DNA from: an uncultured Bacilli bacterium
GTDB taxonomy: Bacteria; Bacillota_I; Bacilli_A; RF39; UBA660
Direction of reading: 5' to 3'
DNA: 64,000 nt
Assembly (NCBI GenBank): GCA_963931545.1
Contig: OZ007025.1
Location: forward strand, 887,692-951,691
Shown here piece after piece: positions 58,944 to 64,000 of the stretch. Made by a program: the position numbers and the translations under genes. Every line of letters starts with the position of its first letter. Within the stretch, counting starts at the first letter, position 1. The notes under the pieces are model-generated. The model was not told the DNA's origin, searched no databases, and saw nothing but the letters and a program-made list of their open reading frames with translations.

Positions 58944-59684
58944 TTAATTCTCCTTTATAAAATTTTTAATGATAGAATTGGTTTGGCCTAATCTTTCTAG
59001 ATAAGCATAATGAGTACATCCTTCATAAGGAATTACAGCTGAATCTTTGATTAATGTTTCTAATTCGTAGGCATCAGCGATTGGGACTGCGGCATCATTA
59101 GTTCCCCATATAATTATAGTTGGACAGGTTATTTTTTTTACGTTTTCGGTTATGTCAGTATTTACATGTTTTACTAATATATCTCGCATCATTGGGGAGG
59201 CTTTTCTATAATCTTCTGAGCCCATATGTTTTTTCATGGTTTCAGCTAGTTTATTTAAACCTGGCATAGTTTTTAATTTTTTTAAAGCTCTTACTTTTAA
59301 ACTGTTTGGATTTTTCTTGACTTTAAATGGGCTTCCAAACAAGATTAATTTTTTTACTTTATACATGCTTGCATATAACAAACTTATTTTACCGCCAAAT
59401 GAATGACCAATTAATATAGGATTTTCTATATTTAATGAGGTTAATAATTCGTGAATCATTTGGACAAAATCGGTTAATAACCATACTTCTTTAGGCTCTT
59501 CACTTTGTCCATGACCAGGTAGGTCAATTATTATAACATCATTATCAGTTAAGCTATCGCCGACTGGTTTCATCATTTGGATGTTTTGACCCCAGCCGTG
59601 TAACAAAACAACTGTTTGATTATTTATATTTCCATATCTAATATAATTTATATTAATATCTTTATATTTAAACATTTCTTTCAC
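58944..59684 (-). CDS. Alpha/beta-fold hydrolase
   Basis: The HGWGQN oxyanion region and the GHSFGG nucleophile elbow are present. The likely start is the ATG at 59666 (MFKYKD, preceded by an AGAAGGTGA RBS). Confidence 0.6.
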   Translation of the reverse strand: MKEMFKYKDININYIRYGNINNQTVVLLHGWGQNIQMMKPVGDSLTDNDVIIIDLPGHGQSEEPKEVWLLTDFVQMIHELLTSLNIENPILIGHSFGGKISLLYASMYKVKKLILFGSPFKVKKNPNSLKVRALKKLKTMPGLNKLAETMKKHMGSEDYRKASPMMRDILVKHVNTDITENVKKITCPTIIIWGTNDAAVPIADAYELETLIKDSAVIPYEGCTHYAYLERLGQTNSIIKNFIKEN

Positions 59685-59699
59685 CTTCTTTTTATTATA

Positions 59700-59935
59700 A
59701 CATACATACCATATTTCAACAATAAAAAAACGTCCTTAGTTAAGGACGAGTTTTCCCGCGGTACCACCTTATTTTATTTTTTAAATACTCTCAATAACTA
59801 TAACGCGTTACCGTTCTTATCTACTTTATTCAAAAAGAAACATCAAGAGTGATTTATATATTAAAATCGTTATTAGTTTCCACCATTCACTAACTCTCTT
59901 TAAACTTTTTTAATATACGCTCTCTATCATATGTT
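59700..59935 (-). promoter_or_regulatory. T-box riboswitch leader (candidate Ile specifier AUC-A) with terminator/antiterminator
   Basis: On the minus strand the T-box sequence AAUAAGGUGGUACCGCGGG is followed by the terminator CGUCCUUA-acu-AAGGACG plus U7. Upstream are an AGAGA/GUGA stem I region and a candidate specifier AAAUCAC. Confidence 0.7.
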
Positions 59936-59936
59936 T

Positions 59937-60416
59937 TTATATATCTAATTTGTCTATATCATTAATTATATCTAATTGTGATTCAATGATGCTTTTAAGT
60001 CTACGTTTTAAAACATTAATATTTCTTTTAGTCATTTCAGCATCATTTTCTATTTTTTCAGCTTTGATTAATGCATCATTTACTATTCTACTAGCGTTTT
60101 TCTTCGCATCATCTAAGATTATTTCGCTTTCATGATGAGCGGCTATTTTTAATTGGTCTGAGGTTTTTTGGGCCATGATTATGGCTCTATTTAAAGTGTT
60201 TTCCATGCGTTCATATTGTTCTAATTTTTCTTTTAGTGCGGTTGTTTCTTCTAATTTTAATTTTAATTTTCTGATTTCATCATTTTTATCGACAATTAGT
60301 TTATTTTTCGCATCTATATCGGCTATCATTTTTTCTACTCTTTTGATAACCTGATCTAAAAAGTTATTTACTTCATCTGGATCATAACCACGCATGACTC
60401 TTGTAAATTTTTCCAT
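59937..60416 (-). CDS. divIVA: DivIVA-domain cell-division protein
   Basis: The sequence FTRVMRGYDPDEVNNFLDQV and a coiled-coil are present. The gene lies downstream of sepF, with conserved synteny. Confidence 0.6.
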   Translation of the reverse strand: MEKFTRVMRGYDPDEVNNFLDQVIKRVEKMIADIDAKNKLIVDKNDEIRKLKLKLEETTALKEKLEQYERMENTLNRAIIMAQKTSDQLKIAAHHESEIILDDAKKNASRIVNDALIKAEKIENDAEMTKRNINVLKRRLKSIIESQLDIINDIDKLDI

Positions 60417-60456
60417 ATACTCGACCTCACCTCGGCGATATACGCCCTATATTCTT

Positions 60457-60861
60457 TTACCACTCTATATCTATATTATTATTATCATGAATACCTTTGC
60501 CTTCGGTATCGTTTGTTATTTTTCCTTGAACACTAACGTTATTTGGTGTACATAAGAAGATTCCTCCACCTATTTTTTGTAAATCTCCACCTATCGCATA
60601 TATTGTTCCACTTAGAAAATCAACTATTCTTTTAGCTTGTTCAGGGGTAACCCTTTTTAAGTTGACAACTACGGTATTTCTTTTCTTTAAATGGTCAGCT
60701 ATTTGCTGGGACTCAGAATAAGCTCTAGGCTCAAGCAATATCATTTTTGCTCCGCCTTCTTCAGTTAATGCTTCTTCTGCTTTTAAATCATAATATTGAT
60801 CGTTTGATGGTGCAGCAAAGACATCTTCTTCTTCACCCATGATTTTCTTTATCAAACCCAT
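60457..60861 (-). CDS. sepF: Cell division protein SepF
   Basis: The sequence [27 protein letters not shown]...[29 protein letters not shown] is the SepF core. Confidence 0.7.
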   Translation of the reverse strand: MGLIKKIMGEEEDVFAAPSNDQYYDLKAEEALTEEGGAKMILLEPRAYSESQQIADHLKKRNTVVVNLKRVTPEQAKRIVDFLSGTIYAIGGDLQKIGGGIFLCTPNNVSVQGKITNDTEGKGIHDNNNIDIEW

Positions 60862-61045
60862 ATTTATCCTCCTTAGTGTGTGAATATATTCACTTTGCTA
60901 TACTTAATTTTATCATAGATTTTGGAAAAAGAAAATGCTTTTTGCTTATACTTTTATTATTTTGTGTAAAGTAAGACATATATACGACTTATTTATTCAA
61001 TTTTTGATTTATTTTGATATAATTATTTTAAAGGAAGTTTGATTT

Positions 61046-62320
61046 ATGATTAAAAAGTGTCAGAAAAAAAGGAGAAGTTTTAAATTTTTTATAGTTTTAT
61101 TGATTATAACTATCCTAATTTTATTATTTACTTTTATATATAAAGAAAGATTTCTAGATAAGGTTGATTATAGTCAAAAAGGTAATATTACTTATTATGA
61201 TATTTATGGTATTCATATGAATTTTGAAGGTAATTTTAAATTATCTGGATATAGTAATCCTAAACTAGTCTTAACTGATGGGATTAAGGAAATGATTATA
61301 AATTGGGATTTGGATAAACATGATGATGAATATAGTTTTAAAACTAGCGAGTATATTAATGATGGGATTAATTTAGAAAGACTTAATACTGGAACATATT
61401 ATTTATTGATTAAAGTTAGTAATGATGATGAAGATATTTATTTTCCTTTAGTAAATAAGACAGAATATAAGGATTTAGAGTATTACACTTTAACTGGTGC
61501 TGATAAGAAAATTGATATTATCTGGGATAAATATCTAGAAAATGAGATTTTAAAGTTTGATATTAAAAACACTAAATTGCCAGATGATGTTTATGATATT
61601 ACTATCGACCCTGGTCATGATGGAAGTGATGCAGGTATGATAGTATGTGCGAATGGAGATGTTCCTAATTATTTGGGAGAATGTTCAAACAGTAAGGCTT
61701 ATAAAGAATCTGATTTAAATTTTACAGTTTCTAAGGCTTTAAAGGATGAGTTAGAAAAACTAGGTTATAAGGTAAAATTGACTAGAGATAGTAAAAATTC
61801 TAAGTTACCTACTTATGGTAAAATGGGAAGTGGTACTACAGCTAATACAGTTAAATCTAAGTTCAATTTAGCTCTTCATCATAATTCTTCTAATGTGCCT
61901 GGTGGCATGAGCAGTACTTATGGTTTAGAAGTTTATGTAGCTGGTAATAGTAAGTTTGATTTAGCTAAGTCTTTTGTTAAGAACATAACTAAAAAGGCTA
62001 ATATCAGTACATCTACTAAAGAAGAATTTAAAACAGAAGATGGGATTTATCAGAGATTTTCTGATGATGGAATTACGCCTTACTATTATATGATTAGAGA
62101 AGTTGGAGGCATAGCGACTCATGCTTATGTTGATGGAAGTAATACTAAATATGATGCGAATCCTTATTATAATTCCAATAATACAGCTGAGAGTTATTTA
62201 CTTGAACTAGGATATATTGATAATGTTAAAGAACTTAAAAATATAATAGATAATCCGAATGATTATGCGAAAGGAATTGCTTTAGGTTTGAATGAATATT
62301 TAAAAAATACCAGTGATTAA
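61046..62320 (+). CDS. N-acetylmuramoyl-L-alanine amidase (Amidase_3) with N-terminal TM anchor and extra N-terminal domain
   Basis: The Amidase_3 signatures (IDPGHDGSDAG, LHHNSS, LELGYIDN) are in the C-terminal half. Confidence 0.65.
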   Translation: MIKKCQKKRRSFKFFIVLLIITILILLFTFIYKERFLDKVDYSQKGNITYYDIYGIHMNFEGNFKLSGYSNPKLVLTDGIKEMIINWDLDKHDDEYSFKTSEYINDGINLERLNTGTYYLLIKVSNDDEDIYFPLVNKTEYKDLEYYTLTGADKKIDIIWDKYLENEILKFDIKNTKLPDDVYDITIDPGHDGSDAGMIVCANGDVPNYLGECSNSKAYKESDLNFTVSKALKDELEKLGYKVKLTRDSKNSKLPTYGKMGSGTTANTVKSKFNLALHHNSSNVPGGMSSTYGLEVYVAGNSKFDLAKSFVKNITKKANISTSTKEEFKTEDGIYQRFSDDGITPYYYMIREVGGIATHAYVDGSNTKYDANPYYNSNNTAESYLLELGYIDNVKELKNIIDNPNDYAKGIALGLNEYLKNTSD

Positions 62321-63069
62321 TTCTGGTATTTTTTTACTAAGGTTTTGTTAGTTTTATTTTTTCTATGATTTAATAAGGCAAAAACTGGTGCGACAAACAA
62401 TCCATGAATTAGTTTTTTAGTAGTGATGGCTGCTAGAGCAATGCCAAAAAGGATAGAAGATGTAAAAGTACTAAAGATAGCAACTAACTTCGATTTTTTC
62501 TTTTGCAATTTATATTTGGGTTTATTATTTATATTAGTATTTTTCACTTGGTTTTTTATTTGGAGTTGTTTATTAGTTTTTTTATGTTTTTCTACTTTTT
62601 GTTTAGTATTTGGTTTTTCTTTTTTTATTTCTGTTTTTGATTTTATTATTATTTTTTGTTTTTCTTTATGTTGAATTAGAGGTTTAATTATTTTTTCAAC
62701 TTTAAGTTTTTTTGTTTGTTTGGATGCATTAATGATTATTTTAGTTCTTTTAGGAATATTAGGTGTGATTACGACAATTTTACCAAATAGTGTTTTTTGT
62801 TCACTAATAGATATAGTATTTATCTTATTTACTTTTTTACCTATTATAGTATTAGCTACTCCACCTGATGAATTTTCTGTTAATAAATCTAATAATTTTT
62901 TATTTAATATTAATACTAAAATATCATATGAATTTCTTTCATATTCAATATGATATTTTATAAAACTGGTTTTTTTAGATGTTTTGGAAATGGTTAAGCT
63001 TCTTTCTTTAATGTTTATGTTTGATTTAAAAATTAATTTTTGAAAGTTTATTTTGACTAGTTTTATCAT
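62317..63069 (-). CDS. Hypothetical Lys-rich protein with C-terminal TM helix
   Basis: Assignment rests on composition only. Confidence 0.2.
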   Translation of the reverse strand: MIKLVKINFQKLIFKSNINIKERSLTISKTSKKTSFIKYHIEYERNSYDILVLILNKKLLDLLTENSSGGVANTIIGKKVNKINTISISEQKTLFGKIVVITPNIPKRTKIIINASKQTKKLKVEKIIKPLIQHKEKQKIIIKSKTEIKKEKPNTKQKVEKHKKTNKQLQIKNQVKNTNINNKPKYKLQKKKSKLVAIFSTFTSSILFGIALAAITTKKLIHGLFVAPVFALLNHRKNKTNKTLVKKYQN

Positions 63070-63087
63070 AAGTTTTCTCCATTTAAA

Positions 63088-64000
63088 TTAAAATTTTGTT
63101 TTTTCATTTAAATAGTTTTCTAATTCATCTACTTTAACTACATCTTGTTTCATGGTATCTCTATTTCTAACTGTAACGGTATTATTATTAATGGTATCAT
63201 CATCAACGGTTATACAAAAAGGCGTTCCTGCAATATCCTGTCTTCGATATCTTTTACCAATATTTCCTGTTTCATCATAAGTTATCATAAATGTTTTAGA
63301 TAATTTATTATATATTTCTAAAGCTTTATCTTTATGATGTTTTTTGACAAGTGGTAGAATAGCGGCTTTATAAGGAGCTAGGAAAGGATGGAAATGCATG
63401 ACCTCTCTAGTAGTGCCATCTTCTAGCGTTTCTTCTTCATAGGCGTTACACAATATAGCTAAAGCAAGACGGTCTGCTCCTACACTTGATTCGACAATGG
63501 TTGGTAATATTTTTTCATTAGTATCTGGGTCTAGATATCTCATTTGATTTCCAGAATATTCTTCATGTCTTGATAAGTCATAAGTTCCTCTATGATGAGT
63601 TCCCCAAAGTTCATCAAAGCCAAATGGAAATCTATATTGAATATCACATGCGGCTTTACAGTAAAAGACTAATTTTTCATGGTCTTTAAATCTGATATCT
63701 TCTTTTTTGATACCTAAATCTATTAAGAAATTCCAAGCTTTTTGTTTATAATTTTCATAAAAATTCATTGAATCTTCTTCTTTACAGAAAAGTTGGTGCT
63801 CCATCTGTTCAAATTCAACTGTTCTAAAGGTAAAGTTTCCTGGGGTAATTTCATTTCTAAAGGCTTTACCTATTTGACCTATTCCAAATGGAAGTTTAGC
63901 TCTCATAGATTTTTGAACGTTTAAGAAATTGACAAATTCTCCTTGAGCGGTTTCTCCTCTTAAATATACTTTTGATGAATCATCTTTGATAACTCCCCTA
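63088..64000 (-). CDS. glyQS: Glycyl-tRNA synthetase, alpha2 (GlyQS) type; C-terminal portion (gene continues past window end)
   Basis: The class II motif 3 region (GIGQIGKAFRNEITPGNFTFRTVEFEQMEHQLFC) and an anticodon-binding domain are present. The reading frame is open to position 64000. Confidence 0.85.
   Translation of the reverse strand, partial: RGVIKDDSSKVYLRGETAQGEFVNFLNVQKSMRAKLPFGIGQIGKAFRNEITPGNFTFRTVEFEQMEHQLFCKEEDSMNFYENYKQKAWNFLIDLGIKKEDIRFKDHEKLVFYCKAACDIQYRFPFGFDELWGTHHRGTYDLSRHEEYSGNQMRYLDPDTNEKILPTIVESSVGADRLALAILCNAYEEETLEDGTTREVMHFHPFLAPYKAAILPLVKKHHKDKALEIYNKLSKTFMITYDETGNIGKRYRRQDIAGTPFCITVDDDTINNNTVTVRNRDTMKQDVVKVDELENYLNEKTKF

Noticed and set aside
1-64000. Possibility that the organism uses genetic code 4 (TGA=Trp), given the extreme AT-richness and Mollicutes-like codon usage
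   Set aside because: All long housekeeping ORFs (ileS 909 aa, parC 841 aa, topA 677 aa, dnaG, rpoD) are uninterrupted under the standard code. The TGA in surface-gene copy A corresponds to TGG in copy B, so TGA behaves as a stop.
1-64000. CRISPR arrays, rRNA operons, and restriction-modification or other recognisable defence islands
   Set aside because: There are no regularly spaced direct repeats, no rRNA-like conserved stretches, and no nuclease, helicase or methylase gene clusters in this window. The only mobile-element content is the ICE terminus at the left edge.

Overview
This is a 64 kb window from a very AT-rich, low-GC Gram-positive genome (Bacillota) that uses the standard genetic code. 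Long housekeeping ORFs are intact, so TGA is a stop, not Trp. The organism appears to be a spore-former, given an intact pro-sigma-K gene, a SpoVID/SipL-like plus YsxE(CotS)-like gene pair, a YjcZ-like tiny TM gene and a DUF1540 gene.

Positions 1-4460 are the right-hand end of an integrative conjugative or mobilisable element. This end carries a partial upstream ORF, a TraG/VirD4-type coupling protein, an excisionase-like HTH protein and a tyrosine integrase. It is followed by an attR-like 3' tRNA fragment (anticodon loop UGA plus long variable arm, probably tRNA-Ser) and a terminator.

The rest of the window is core chromosome:
- A QueH domain fused to a SAM methyltransferase.
- Two ASST-like beta-propeller paralogs.
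- topA.
- A split CoA-enzyme activase / HGD-D-like triad.
- A FemAB-family gene, yebC, rnc, yidD, a DD-carboxypeptidase and obg.
- sodA, parC, parE and nrnA.
- trmK, rpoD and dnaG.
- comEC, comEA, a SEDS protein and def.
- A PadR plus HAAS/DUF1700 pair.
- sigK.
- A T-box leader in front of an alpha/beta hydrolase-murF-ddl-ileS operon.
- divIVA, sepF, an Amidase_3 cell-wall amidase and partial glyQS.

The most unusual structure is a duplicated, decaying surface-protein locus. The gene encodes a SipW/TasA-type signal, Fn3-like modules and an internal 250-aa tandem module. Copy A at 20583-23760 is broken by two frameshifts and a TGG-to-TGA nonsense codon. Copy B at 35400-36720 is an internally deleted derivative sitting 12.9 kb away in direct orientation. 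Both copies share an upstream region carrying a homopolymeric G/C tract of different length (7 versus 11), placed next to a TATAAT box, plus a conserved GGGGGTGGYGGGGG motif. This arrangement is a candidate phase-variable promoter.

No CRISPR array, rRNA gene or complete tRNA gene was found. No recognisable defence system was seen in this window.
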